A stretch of 63,571 nt of DNA, filler included, from Octopus bimaculoides (Eukaryota), in assembly GCF_001194135.2 (NCBI RefSeq). It is 7 parts of 7 records of this genome, joined end to end, with 100 filler letters (N's around TTAATTAATTAA, not from the genome) between each part and the next. Parts side by side here need not be neighbours in the genome. Positions count along the whole stretch, not along the records: positions 1 to 29,190 come from NC_069007.1; 6 more parts are not named here. One strand, written 5' to 3'. Position 1 is the first letter of the stretch. Each line of letters starts with the position of its first letter. The notes below the pieces were generated by a model that ran no database searches, had not been told where the DNA came from, and saw only the letters and a program-made list of their open reading frames with translations. Shown here one piece after another: positions 10,866 through 23,952 of this stretch. Both the position numbers and the translations under genes were made by a program.

Positions 10866-11249
10866 TTCGTATAATTCTCAGGGAGATTCAGTCTCACACA
10901 GAATATGACAAGGGTGGGCCCTTTCAGTTGCAGCTACTCATTTTGGCCAGCTGAGTGGACTGGACCAAGTGTTTGGAAGAAAATGAAAAAGATCCTATAT
11001 AGGGGCAGGAAAATCTTTTTAGTTGTTAGGGTCACGATGGGTGTTAATCTGGTCCTAATAGCGGCATTTGTGGGTCTCACAGATCTGGAAGCTAAGCCCC
11101 CAGATAAACACTGATGTGCAGGCTGTTGCTATCAAACTGAGCATGAGTCGAGGGCGAATACACGACGGAATAGCAATTATTTCGTCTTAGCTTTCATTGC
11201 TTATACTAAACACTTGACATTTTTGCCTTACAATATGGAACATTTCCTT

Positions 11250-11760
11250 TTCTTTCACTCTTTTGAAAAAATGTCACTCCAATTCTTACGGCAACGAGGT
11301 TCCTGTTTATCTGATCAACAGTTGTCGAACAAGGGTGGTTTGAACAGAAGGTCATGTTATGTGTTTGGTTGAATTTCGAGAGGGCATTGCACTTTGAGCT
11401 TGTCCTAGATGGTCATGCTGTGAACACTAACCTTTATGTTCGACAAGTGCACCAAGTGCATATAATGCTTTTTGAACCCTGCTATCCGGCATTGGTCAAT
11501 CAAAGACATGCGCTCTTACATCATCACAATGCCCCAGCACACAGTGTTGATGTGACCAAGCACAAACTCAAGGAATTTAGAGTGGTGGACTGCCTCACCC
11601 TACCTTTAGTCCAGATTTTGCACCATCAGATTATCACATTATCACATGACTCATTTCCTGCGCAATCAGAGGTTTAACAATGTGGATGAGAATGAAAATA
11701 GGTTAGGGGAGTCTTTTGCCTCTACAGCAGCCTAATAGTGCAAATGAGCTTCTGGCACAA
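11250..11760 (+). mobile_element. Mariner transposase remnant
   Basis: KVMLCVW..FE...HFELV.DG.AVN..LY..Q; LLHHHNAPAH; a degraded PYSPDFAPSDYH. Confidence 0.8.
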
Positions 11761-11789
11761 TGGTGGTATCAGACAACAGATGTGATAGG

Positions 11790-12335
11790 ATCATCATTGT
11801 CGTTTAACGTCCGCTTTCCATGCTAGCATGGGTTGGACGATTTGACTGAGGACTGGTGAAACCAGATGGCTACACCAGGCTCCAATCTGATTTGGCAGTG
11901 TTTCTACAGCTGGATGCCCTTCCTAATGCCAACCACTCCAAGAGTGTAATATGTAATGGGTGCTTTTACGTGCCACCGGCACGAAGGCCAGTCAGGCGGT
12001 ACTGGTAACGGCCACGCTCAAAATGGTGTATTTTACATGCCACCTGCACAGGAGCCAGTTCGGCTGCACTGGCAATGATCTCGCTCGAATGTCTTTACAT
12101 GTACCATCCGGCACAAGTGCCAGGAAGGCGATGCTGGCAACAGGTGCCATGACGATTTTACTTTCGCTTGCCCCAATAGGTCTTTGCAAGCCGAGTTTCG
12201 TGTCCAATGAAGGATACAACGTTGGCATGGGTGCCAGTCGTCGAATTTAATTCGATTTCGATTTCACTTGCCTTAACAGGTCTTCGCAAGCAGAGTTTAG
12301 TGTCCAATGAAGGAAGGTATGTATAAGTGGGTTGC
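11790..12335 (-). mobile_element. Family C element, near full length
   Basis: Homologous to 24517-25230 and 28545-29190, including the duplicated GTGTCCAATGAAGGA module. Confidence 0.85.
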
Positions 12336-13495
12336 CTGAGGACTTAGATTTAGGATATATTAATATTTTGATAATTTCACTTTAGAGACATCTGTAATGT
12401 CTTTCGGTTGTAAATTGTGAATAAGCCATCTTTATTATACAGAATTTTTACTTTTACCTTTTATGAAATCCGAGTATAATATGTATGGTAACTCTTATAA
12501 ACTGACTAGGCACAAGCTAGCNNNNNNNNNNNNNNNNNNNNNNNNNNNNNNNNNNNNNNNNNNNNNNNNNNNNNNNNNNNNNNNNNNNNNNNNNNNNNNN
12601 NNNNNNNNNNNNNNNNNNNNNNNNNNNNNNNNNNNNNNNNNNNNNNNNNNNNNNNNNNNNNNNNNNNNNNNNNNNNNNNNNNNNNNNNNNNNNNNNNNNN
12701 NNNNNNNNNNNNNNNNNNNNNNNNNNNNNNNNNNNNNNNNNNNATATATATATATATATATAGCAATAAGAAAATGGAGGGGAGTATGTGGTACTCATCA
12801 ACTTGCAGACATTGTATTATGTCAATTTACCTGTTTATTTTTTAACCAAGAGGACAATAAAAACAATATACAAACACATGTGACATTATATTCCCATGCA
12901 CACACACACACACATACACCTACTCTCTTTGACACTCTTTAAAGATCTCAAAGTCCCTCTTACACAAACCACTGTAATTCAATGTTATTAATACCAGCCA
13001 AACTTGCCTAAAACCAAGCACACACACACAAACACAAACATACACACATCAAAAATAGGAGAAGAGGACAACCATCATCCCTTGAATACGACCAAAGAAT
13101 AAGACAATATAGACATTGGCGTGTGGACGTTTCTGGTAGTTAAGATAATGACCATTTTGCATCATTAAGGATGTTGCTTTAATTAATCAAACTATCTTGA
13201 CTCAGCACATTAAGTATGTTAGTAGGAACCACTTTACTACATTTGATAAGTGACAGCAAATAGGGAAAAAAATTGTTTTCTATTACATTATAAAATATTC
13301 GGCCAGAGGATGACATCCGGTGTGTGTAGGTGATAATGTGTCAACTGTTGTAGATTCTGAAATAAACATTCTGTGATTGACTGCAAGGAAGGAAGCTCAC
13401 AATATCCTGTAGAAGTTTCATCTTCAGAAAGTAAACAACTACACAAGATGTGTCAGCGCTTACACATCTATCCTAGTGTGATATTCTACACACCC

Positions 13496-14380
13496 AAAGG
13501 TGGCGAGCTGGCAGAATCGTTAGCACGCTGGGCGAAATGCTTAGCAGTATTTCGTCTGCTGCTATGTTCTGAGTTCAAGTTCCGCCGAGGTTGACTTTGC
13601 CTTTCATCCTTTCGGGGTCGATTAAATAAGTACCAGTTACACACTGGGGTCGATGTAATCGACTTGATCCCTTTGTCTGTCCTTGTTTGTCCCCCCTGTG
13701 TGTAGCCCCTTGTGGGCAGTAAAGAAATAAGAAACGTTAGCATGCTGGGCGAAATGCTTAGCGGTATTTTGTCTGTCTTTATGTTCTGAGTTCAAATTTT
13801 GCCGAGGCCAACTTTGCCTTTCATCCGTTCGGGGTTGATAAATTAAGTACCAGTTGCGTACTGGTGTAGATCTAATTGACTGGCCCTTCCCCCAAAATTT
13901 CATGCATTGTGCCTATAGTAGAAAGGATTATTATTATTTTTAAAATTGAGGCGGCGAGCTGGCAAAATCGTTTGCACACCAGGCAAAATGCTTAGTGGTA
14001 TTTCATCTGTCTTTATGTTCTGAGTTCAAATTCCACCGAGGTCAATGTTGCCTTTCATCCTTTTGGGGTTGATAAATTAAGTACCAGTTGCATACTGGGG
14101 TCGATCTAATCAACTGGCCCCTTCCCCCAAATTTCAGGCCTTGTGCCAAGAGTAGAAAGGATTATTGTACACATCTAAGGTAGCAAACTGACAGAGCCAT
14201 TACCACGCTGGGTGAAAAGCTTAGTGGTATTTCATCTGTCTTTATGTTTTGGGTTCAAATTCTGCTGAAGTTGACTTTGCTTTTCATCTTTTTAGGGGCT
14301 CAATAAAATAAGTACTGGGGTCGATGAAATCAACTTTCTCTTCTCTCAAAATCGCTGGTCTTGTGAGAAAATGTGAAATC
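13496..14380 (+). mobile_element. Head-to-tail cluster of four family A SINE units (dimer 13496-13925; monomers about 13946-14163 and 14175-14380)
   Basis: Repeated GGCGAGCTGGCA(G/A)AATCGTT heads and TTCTGAGTTCAAATT...AAGTACCAGTT cores. Confidence 0.85.
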
Positions 14381-14419
14381 ATTATCATTATTATTATTAT
14401 TACCTCTGCCTTAGCAAAG

Positions 14420-14846
14420 GCAATGGCCTGCTAGTTGGCGATACCTGTCAACCTCTTGTAAACATACAATTCTAGTGAAATACATTCATTGATTTCAAAA
14501 ATAGAAATAATACATTTCTAAAACTCTGAGAGATTTATGCAGTAGTGATACGATAAAGTAGTTGTATGCTGTCAACTTGTAAACATAAGGACACAGGAAA
14601 TGTGTCAAGGCTGACAGGAAGCGATGCAGCTTCCTAGGGCTAAATAGCAGTAGTATTATTCCCTTTAGGGGACTATCACATTAAGTTGACAGCATACAAC
14701 TACTTTATGACATCACTACTGCATAAATCTCTCTGAGAGATTTAGAAATGTATTATTTCTATTTTTGAAATCAGTGAATGTGTTTCACTAGAATTATTAT
14801 ATGTTTGTAAGAGCTTGATAGGCATCTCCAACTAGCAGGCCATTGC
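14420..14846. repeat. Inverted repeat with ~160-bp arms around a ~104-bp spacer
   Basis: Arm 14420-14578 (GCAATGGCCTGCTAGTTGG...GTATGCTGTCAACTT) is reverse-complemented at 14683-14846. Spacer plus arm start is repeated directly at about 14931-15058. Confidence 0.9.
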
Positions 14847-14849
14847 TAC

Positions 14850-14892
14850 TCCAGACTGATGACAAGCAAAGACTCAGAAACATGTCTCTGGA
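14850..14892 (+). ncRNA. Minimal type I hammerhead ribozyme with degenerate stem II
   Basis: TCCAGA-CTGATGA-caagcaaagactca-GAAA-CATG-TC-TCTGGA: perfect 6-bp stem I, palindromic stem III, GUC cleavage triplet at 14884-14886. Confidence 0.68.
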
Positions 14893-15802
14893 TGCAGGCT
14901 TAGCTGGGTGGAGGTGCTTGTCTCCCTCCTTGTAAACATAAGGACACAGGAAATGTGTCAAGGCCGACAGGAAGCGGTGCTGCTTCCTAGGGCTAAAAAG
15001 CAGTAGTATTATTCCCTTCATGGGACTGTCACATTAAGTTGATAGCATACAACTACTTTATATATAAATATAAATGAAAATTATATTCTTGGGAATACAA
15101 AAATGATGTTTTTTTCCCTTATGAATTTTTTACATACTAGCTTCCAGATAAAATTATTGTAAAAGATTTTTATNNNNNNNNNNNNNNNNNNNNNNNNNNN
15201 NNNNNNNNNNNNNNNNNNNNNNNNNNNNNNNNNNNNNNNNNNNNNNNNNNNNNNNNNNNNNNNNNNNNNNNNNNNNNNNNNNNNNNNNNNNNNNNNNNNN
15301 NNNNNNNNNNNNNNNNNNNNNNNNNNNNNNNNNNNNNNNNNNNNNNNNNNNNNNNNNNNNNNNNNNNNNNNNNNNNNNNNNNNNNNNNNNNNNNNNNNNN
15401 NNNNNNNNNNNNNNNNNNNNNNNNNNNNNNNNNNNNNNNNNNNNNNNNNNNNNNNNNNNNNNNNNNNNNNNNNNNNNNNNNNNNNNNNNNNNNNNNNNNN
15501 NNNNNNNNNNNNNNNNNNNNNNNNNNNNNNNNNNNNNNNNNNNNNNNNNNNNNNNNNNNNNNNNNNNNNNNNNNNNNNNNCCTGTTGAAGGCAGTTTTAT
15601 ATATATACTGTGGTACTTATCCATTTTCTTTGGCTTTATTCAAAAATTTTTTTATCGCGCCTTTTAAAATTACGATTTAAGCGTTGATGTCTCTGCAATT
15701 TATGTTTAAACAGCCTTCTTCAATTCTGTTTCAAAAGCCCAAAGAATAAATCCAGTATGATGTGCTGCTTGACTGGTCCCCCCTCTCTCTCTCTCTATAT
15801 AT

Positions 15803-15975
15803 ATATATGCCTTTCTCTCGCCATGCCTCTGTCTATCCCACTCTCTCTAATATATGCCTTTCTCTCGCCATGCCTCTGTCTATCCCACTCTCTCTAATAT
15901 ATGCCTTTCTCTCGCCATGCCTCCGCCTATCTCTCTCTCTCTAATATATGCCTTTCTCTCGCCATGCCTCTGTCT
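15803..15975. repeat. 47-bp tandem repeat (at least 3.7 units, runs into a gap)
   Basis: ATATATGCCTTTCTCTCGCCATGCCTCTGTCTATCCCACTCTCTCTA with period 47. Confidence 0.85.
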
Positions 15976-16075
15976 ANNNNNNNNNNNNNNNNNNNNNNNN
16001 NNNNNNNNNNNNNNNNNNNNNNNNNNNNNNNNNNNNNNNNNNNNNNNNNNNNNNNNNNNNNNNNNNNNNNNNNNN

Positions 16076-16370
16076 NGCACCCACTACACTCTCGGAGTGG
16101 TCAGCATTAGGAAGGGCATCCAGCTGTAGAAACTCTGCTGGCATGGGTTGGACATTTTGACAGGAGCTGGAAAACCAGAGGACTGTGCCGAGTTCTACTG
16201 TCTACTTTGGCATGGTTTCTTCAGCTCAGTACCCTTCCTAACAGCAAACACTTTACATGATGTTCTGGGTGCTTTTTACATGCCGCCAGCACCAGTGGGG
16301 TAACCAAGTGACCAGCAAGACAAACACTCCTTAACTGAGAAGGGGAGTAGCATTGAGGGAAATGGGTTTA
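16076..16370 (+). mobile_element. Family C / RTE 3'-UTR-like fragment
   Basis: CACTACACTCTCGGAGTGGTCAGCATTAGGAAGGGCATCCAGCTGTAGAAACTCTGC matches 29045-29105. Confidence 0.65.
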
Positions 16371-16527
16371 TTATGCCTGATGATGGGAGGTTAATTTATA
16401 TAAATGGGAGATGGAGTTTGTTGTCTTCCTGTACTGGACATACATGGCTACCTGCTCGTTCACCTGATTTCTGTTGGTCTATTATGATTGTCAGTGAGTT
16501 TGGTGGCTTTTTGAGTATTTTAACTCT

Positions 16528-16765
16528 TATTTCTTATTTCTTTACTGCTCACAAGGGGCTACATACAGAGGGGACAAACAAGGACAGACAAACGGATTAT
16601 TGATCATATCAACCCCAGTGTGTAACTGGTACTTATTTAATCGACCCCGAAAGGATGAAAGGCAAAGTTGACCTCGGCGGAATTTGAACTCAGAACCTAG
16701 CAGCAGACGAAATACCGCTAAGCATTTCGCCCAGCGTGCAAACGTTTCTGCCAGTTCACTGCCTT
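16528..16765 (-). mobile_element. Family A1 SINE
   Basis: Reverse complement of 13496-13730. Confidence 0.85.
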
Positions 16766-17469
16766 GTTAAAATAAGAGTATTTTAACTCTAATTTCTAGC
16801 AAGCTCGTACTTGATGTACCCTCTGTCATAATTATTTAATAATTATAAAATTTTATTGATCAGCCAGTTAAAAGCATTATTGCTCGTGGGCCACTAATAC
16901 TATTGTTATTACTATTATTAATTATTTATATATTTTCTGCTAATGATAAATAATAATATTTATATGAATAAGTACTAGGCTTACAAAGAATAAGTCATAG
17001 GGTCGGTTTCCTTGACTAAAACCTTTTAATGCAGTGCTCCAGCTTGGCCGCAGTCAAATGACCGAAACATGAAAAAGAATGAAAGAATAAACAAATGAAT
17101 AAATATATAAATAAATAAAACCTGAAAGAGTCTTTGTCCTCATCTTATCTGAAATATTTTTTTAATAATGAGGTCAACTGTTTTATGTTGGACGTAAAAC
17201 AACAGAGAAGACAATGGTTTTGTCTACTGTAGGTGTGTGTTGGTGTTATTGTCAAATGAAAGAGCCTCTAGGATCTGTTTTGTTATTGACCAGCAAGTGA
17301 ATGACAGGATATTCAGGACATTCGGATATTTGGTGTGGCAACGTCTTTATATTTATGTCAAGTAGATAAGTACATAAATATATGTAGATATATACACTCA
17401 CTATATGTGTCAATTGTATGTATGTATGTATGTATGCATGTATGTATGTATGCATGTATGTATGTCTGT

Positions 17470-20385
17470 TCTGTTGTGAATTGTAATAGCCACATCACTG
17501 TTTATCATGGGTTGATTCCTGTGAGATTTTTGGTGACTGATCAGGCCTGTTCGACTCAAACACCACCCACAAACCACACACACACAAAAAGCAACACTCC
17601 CTCACTCTCCACAGATTCCCTCCTTCTAAGCCCCCTCCTAATTCTCTCATACTTCACTCTCTCCCTCTCAAACCCCAAACAACTACTATGCACTGTCCTC
17701 CTCCATCCATCTTGGTTTTGTGCCTCCCTCTCTCAATTACCAGCTGCAATTCCTGTCTGTATTAGAGCATTTTTAAGGCAATCCTTAAACCTTAGATTAG
17801 GCTTATGCACTGGTCTCCTGCCATCTTCCAGTTCACCATACAATAGCTGCTTGGGCAGTCACTCATCACTCATCCTTACCAAATGTCCCCTACCACCTCA
17901 AACATCTTTGCAAAATCATTGGCTCTATACTTCTACTGCCACTCCTCTCAAGCACCTCCACATTACTAATGGCTATTTTCCAGTTTATCCTCCAAATTTT
18001 TTTCAGACAGTATTGAGGGTATCGTCCCAGTTACCTTACCTGCCTCCGGTGAATAAGCCATGCCTTGCTCCAATATAGTAAAGATGGCAGGACGCACATG
18101 TTATATACCTTAACTTTAATTTGTGAAGATATATTATGTCATGTCCACAGATACCTATCAAGCCTACCAAAAGCTGATTCTGTATGAAATTTCATCATCA
18201 AGACCAGCAGTGCTCAAGGTACTTCCTAAATAAATAAATCTAGGTACAGTCTCCAACCTTTGACCATTCACAGTTATAAAAGGTTCCACATATATGTTGG
18301 AGGGAGCAAACATTATAACAGTTTTTTTCAGATTGATCATTAGATCCAATGCTGCACATGCTGCAAAAATCGCATTCAGCATGTGCTGCACATCTTTCTG
18401 TGAATGTGCCAACAGCTCACAATCATCTGCATACAGGAACTCAATGAGGTGAGCATGCAGAACTTTCATTTTGGCATAGAGTCTTTTGAGATTGAACAGT
18501 TTTCCCATTGTCCTATATCTTATAAAGACCACTTCAGTGCAATCTTCAAAAACTATTTTAAAGACTATTGCAAAATACACAGCAAACAATGTAGGAGCAG
18601 GAATATCACCTTGTTTTACACCATTTTCTACAGAAATTGGATCTGATAAGATACCGCCAGTATTAACTCTCACTTCCATCTTGTCATGAAATTGTCTAAG
18701 CATTCTCACAAATTTTTCAGGGCATCCTAGCTTTTTCAGGATCTCCCAAAGTGTAATTCTATTGATAGATTCAAACGCTTTTGTTAGATCAATGAAAACC
18801 TGGTATAAGTCTATATCCTGTTTGATGCACTTCTCTTGCAACTATCTAGCTGAAAATATCATATCCATAGTACTCCTACTATTCCTAAACCCACATTGAG
18901 ATTCTAGTAGGACCTTATCAGCAATGTGCAGAAGCAATCTGTCCAGCATTACTCTACAGAGGACTGTTCCAGCAACAGCTAACCGTCAGATGCTGCAATG
19001 ATTATTACAGACATCCTTTCCACCTTTCAATTTATATAGTATCTCCATAGTTGCATCACCCCAATCCAGAGGAACCTCTTCAGTATGCCAAACCCTCTGA
19101 ATCACATCCATCAATATTGTTCAGAGATGATCACCACCATATTTATATATCTCTGCACCTAATCCATCCATACCAAGGGCGTTTCCATTGTTCAATTTCC
19201 TGGTTGCCATTTTTATTTCAGCCAGGTGTGGAACCTCTGCTAAAAGATGTTTCGTTGGTCTCTCGGGTACATTATCAAGAAAAGAGGGGTCAACTTCAGT
19301 GGGTCCATTGAGCAACTCATCAAAATGTTCTTTCCATCTCCCATCAATATCTTTAGGATTTGTTAATAATTCTGTGCCATCCTTGCTCTGAAGCACCACA
19401 ACCATTAGTGAAGCTGGTCCATAGACTTTTTTCAAGAGGGAGTAAAGAAAAGTTTGGAATTGTTAGCATTTGAGGCTTCTTGGATTTCTTCGCATCTGTC
19501 ACTCCTCAAATTTTCCTGCATCATCCTCAGCTTCCTCTGCACTAAACCTAACTGCCTTGAAATATGTGGCCACTGTCCTGTTCGCTGACATGTCAACATT
19601 TTGCAACATGTTAAATGCCGTTCGCTTCTCCTCTAAGATAAGATTAACTTCTTCATCATTATCGTCAAACCAATCTTGGTGTTTTTTTTTACAACAAAGC
19701 CTTCCATCACAGGACAAATTATTTATCTCATTCACAAAACTCATTGTGTACTAATGGAATCTTAAGTTCATTGACATGAATCTGTTTAGGTAACTTGTCG
19801 TTATTTGCTCTAACCTTAGGCTTGACAACGAAATTCACTTTGGCATACAAAAGCCTATGGTCGGTCCAGCACTCTGCACCACGCATCACTCGTACAATAG
19901 CAAAGTCCCTAGTATATCGTTTCCTATGGAGAATATAATCTATAAGATGCCATTTCTTAGAACCAGGGTGCATCCATGTTGTTTTATATTTATTCTTTAG
20001 TTGAAACATTAAATTCATGACACACAAATCCATCTCTATGCACATTTGTAACAGTAGTAAACCATTACCGTTGGAACTCCTAACCCCATGCTTTCCTAAG
20101 ACACTCCACGTCTCCCAATCTGCACCAACGCGAGCATTAAAATCACCTAAAATGACAACTTTGTCATCACGGGGGATATTACGTATAATCTCTGTAAGTG
20201 ATGGATAGAAGGCAAGTTTATCATCTTCTGATGAATTCATAGTTAGAGCATATGCACCTATGAGTGTTGCATAGTGACCTTTACTTAACGGAAGTCTTAA
20301 AGATATCAAGTGATCTGAATGACCACATGGTAATTCCTCAAGTTTTGAAACCAGAGTGGTTTTGATTGCAAATCCCACTCCTGAT
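17470..20385 (-). mobile_element. RTE/BovB-type LINE ORF2 (AP endonuclease + RT), degraded
   Basis: APE: ATLIGAYALT...VVILGDFNARVG...LIDYIL...CWTDHRLL (19728-20378). RT: VFIDLTKAFESINR...GVKQGDIPAPTLF...EFLYADD...FIYLGS (18164-18841). Decayed thumb and C-terminus extend to about 17470. Confidence 0.92.
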
Positions 20386-20699
20386 TCTCTCTTATAAGTC
20401 TCATCTCTACGGCTCCAAAATAAATTATATCCAGCAGATTTCTCTTCAAAATTCCCCTTTCCATGAATTCTTGTTTCAGCTAACGCTACAGCATCTATAT
20501 CATATCACTGTAACTCTTTTGCAACAAGCACGAATCTTCTCTCCAGACGAGATTTCAGACCAACCCATGCCAGCTTGGAAAACAGATGTTAAATGATGAT
20601 GATGATGGTGATGAGATATATATAAATGTGGATATATGCATATACATACATACAATGCATATGCACACTATGTGTATATGTATATGTATATACATATAA

Positions 20700-20905
20700 A
20701 AGTTGGGCATAAGCGGCATCAGATGTGATGTGGAAGAGAGAAGACTGTGTTGGTATGGCCATGTGATGCATATGAACAAGGGCAGCTGCATAAAGAAGTG
20801 CTGGTCTGTAACTGGAGGGAACCTGTGGAATTGTGGACCCAGGAAGATATGGGATGAGGTGGTGAAGTACGATCTTTGGATGCTGGGTTTCACAGAGGTG
20901 AGGAC
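20700..20905 (+). mobile_element. RTE LINE C-terminal fragment
   Basis: IRCDVEERRLCWYGHVMHM...GPRKIWDEVVKYDL. Confidence 0.75.
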
Positions 20906-21066
20906 AGGTGTTCAGCAAAAAGGGAGTGATGGAATAAGTGCCAAGCTAAGAACGGATAGATGTTCTAGGATCAATTCTTCCAACTGAAATTCTTCAAGGT
21001 GGTGCCCCAGTATGGCCAGAGTTGAATGAGGGAAATAAGTAGAAGATAAGAAATATATATGCATAA

Positions 21067-21097
<31 letters not shown>

Positions 21098-21114
21098 GAT
21101 AAACAGATGCACAT

Positions 21115-21145
<31 letters not shown>

Positions 21146-21277
21146 TACGGACACACATATAGATAGATAGATAGATAGATAAATATAAATATAGATCAAT
21201 AAATAGATTGATAGATACTTAGATAGATAGATAGATAGATAGATATAAATATAGATAGACAGATAAATAGATAGATA

Positions 21278-23150
21278 TGTTTCTTTATTAGCCACATGGC
21301 CAAACACAGAGGGGGCAAAATACAATGTAGAGCTTTTCTTTTGAAAAAAGAAAAAAAAGGAAAAAAAGAAAATTGCGATCAATAGGGATTGTGAAAGGGA
21401 AAGAAAAAAAGCGCCGATGCTCCTCAGCATCGCCAGCTTCTGCAGCAGTAGCTTGAGGGTCAATATGTCCAAAAGTGACGAGAGGAGGCATCCCTGACGG
21501 ACAGAACATGCAATGTTGAATGGTCTCGATTTATGCCCATTCACGCGAATTACTGAACAGATGCCTTTCTAAAAGGCAGCGATCTAGCCACGGAAAACAG
21601 GACTGAAACAAGCTGCTATGAGGACAGCCTCCAAGTATCAATGGTCTACCCTATGTAAAGCTTTGGATTGATCCAAATTGATCAGTGTCCCACCCATGCC
21701 AGGTTCCTTAACTACCCTGTCTATGAACTAGCACATGAGGTGTAGGTTGTCATGGATGCTCCAGGCCGGCACGGCGCACGTTTGCACCTTGTTGACCAGT
21801 TTCTCGATGACAAGCACCAGCCTCTTGGCTAGCACCTTAGCCAAAATTTTCAAGTCTGCATTGAGCAGTGATGAGTTTAAAGTTATCTATTACATCCCCC
21901 TTATTTGGATCTTTCTTTAGCAGCATTACGAATCCTCGGCTCACAAAACTGGGGATGATCCTGTTTTGCTGCCTGTTGCAGTACACTGCTGCCAAGACGC
22001 CTCTAAACAAGTCTGGCATACAATTGTAAAGCTCGTAGGGCAGACTATCCAAACCCGGCAATTTGCCTCTCATGCACTCTGCCATCGCATCCCACATATC
22101 TGCCACTGTGATGGCACCTTTGCAACACTCTGCCTCTCTTGCCGAGAGTCGTGACAGGCTATGCAGGTAGGCACTGAAGTTCACCCTGCGTTCTTGCTCG
22201 CCACTTGTCCCAAAAAGTCAGGCAAAGTGCTGCTGAAAGGCCTCACACATTTTACTAAGCTCAAGTAATTCGCGCCCCTGTTCATTCATCAGAGACCCAA
22301 TGGTGGCCTTGTTGTCCTGTTGCACCTCCGCCACCTGGGCCTCTCATGCAGCTCCAACACCTTCATTCCTTAGAGCACGCGTCCTAGCCCTGACAACACA
22401 CCCTTCGTGTTTGGCATTGAAGTGTTGGTTGAGGGCCAACCTCACCATTAATACGTCAGATGCAATGCCACTTCAAATTGCCTCTTCTAGTTTCTTAACT
22501 CAGTCACCCTCTATTTTGCTTCTATCTATTGCTAGCGCTTTGCTATACCTAATCGCCTTGGCTTTTATTGCTCACTCGAGGGCAAACCACCATTTATTGT
22601 TGATGATGGCTCCTGTCAAACCCCTCTTCACTAGTGTGCTAATCCGGTCTCTAAAACCTGTCTTGATGGGAGAGATGCATTCAGTTTCCAGTAACCGGGA
22701 CCCTGCCTATGTGCCTTATCTAAGTCTAGCGTACACATCACAAGTTTGTGATCTGTGTAGCTGACTATGCTATCTCTATCTACTGTCCTACACAGTATTC
22801 TATCTAGATACGATCTCGATGACCCAATGCGTTTGCTCCATGTCCTCGTTGGTGCATTCAAGTAGTCGAGTTGGTACCTGTCAGACAGTTGTAAGTATCT
22901 GAGCAGGTCTCTGAGGCATTTGCATCCTCGTCTATTCCTATCTCTGCCCAAGTAGTCTAGATGCATGTCTAAGGTAGCATTCCAATCCCCAACTAAAAGT
23001 AAAGAACGAGACGTTCCTAAGAATACTTCTAGACATTGAAAGAAATCCGGCCGACCTGTTAAAGGTGGTGCTTAAACTGATATGAGTCGAAAAGTGCACC
23101 CATTGCTGCTGTCAACATCCAGGCAAACCAGTCTACCCTCTAGGTTTACG
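21278..23150 (-). mobile_element. Tx1/L1-type LINE, 5'-truncated and internally deleted, embedded in (GATA)n
   Basis: APE: GRLVCLDV...SRSYLDRILC...TDHKLV...GPGYWKLN. RT: KLPGLDSLPYELY...MLLKKDPNK, VRQGCLLSSLL. (GATA)n tracts abut both ends. Confidence 0.85.
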
Positions 23151-23298
23151 AATATTAGATAGATGGATACAGAGAGGAAGATAAACAGATAGACTGAGAG
23201 ATAGAATATAGATAGATTGAGAGTGAGAGAGAGAGAGGGGGAAAGATATAGACAGAGAGGCAGATAGATAGAAGATAGATAGAGATAGAAAGATAGAT

Positions 23299-23339
<41 letters not shown>

Positions 23340-23952
23340 CAGACAGACAAGCAAATAAACAACTGCTGCTACTGTTGATGATAACAATGAAAACGATGAT
23401 GATGATGTCAACTAGCAGGGCGGTGTCATGAATGTGGTTGAATTAGAAGATGGCGGCATGAAGTGTTGGAAGACGAGATGTCATCCAAGGGTGGGGTTTC
23501 ACCAGAAAAGAAACAGCAAACAAAATAAAACAAACACCATTTATCTCAATCATATTAGCTCTAACAAGGATTTCCTTTCTACACCACCACTCCACCCTGA
23601 CCCCACCACCCCACCACTACTNNNNNNNNNNNNNNNNNNNNNNNNNNNNNNNNNNNNNNNNNNNNNNNNNNNNNNNNNNNNNNNNCACCACTGCTGCTGC
23701 CACCAATTCATGCCAGACAGACTATAAGCTCTTATAAGTACTGCTGAAGTGGTTAAGGTCACTCCTCAACAATGTAATTCCTGGTTTTTGCCGACTTGGT
23801 ACCACCTTAACCCATTTCTTACCCAATTCCTGTCAAAGTATGCTGCTGCCTTTATTTCAATTAATTTTCAAAATAACGAAGAATTGTTCTTATTAAGCTG
23901 GTGTTTGGAACAGGAATTGAGATGGAATTTTGATAGAAGATCAGTAATTTAA

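Noticed and set aside
13330-13432. Plus-strand exon between tgtgtgtag and gtaaac
   Set aside because: All three frames contain stops.
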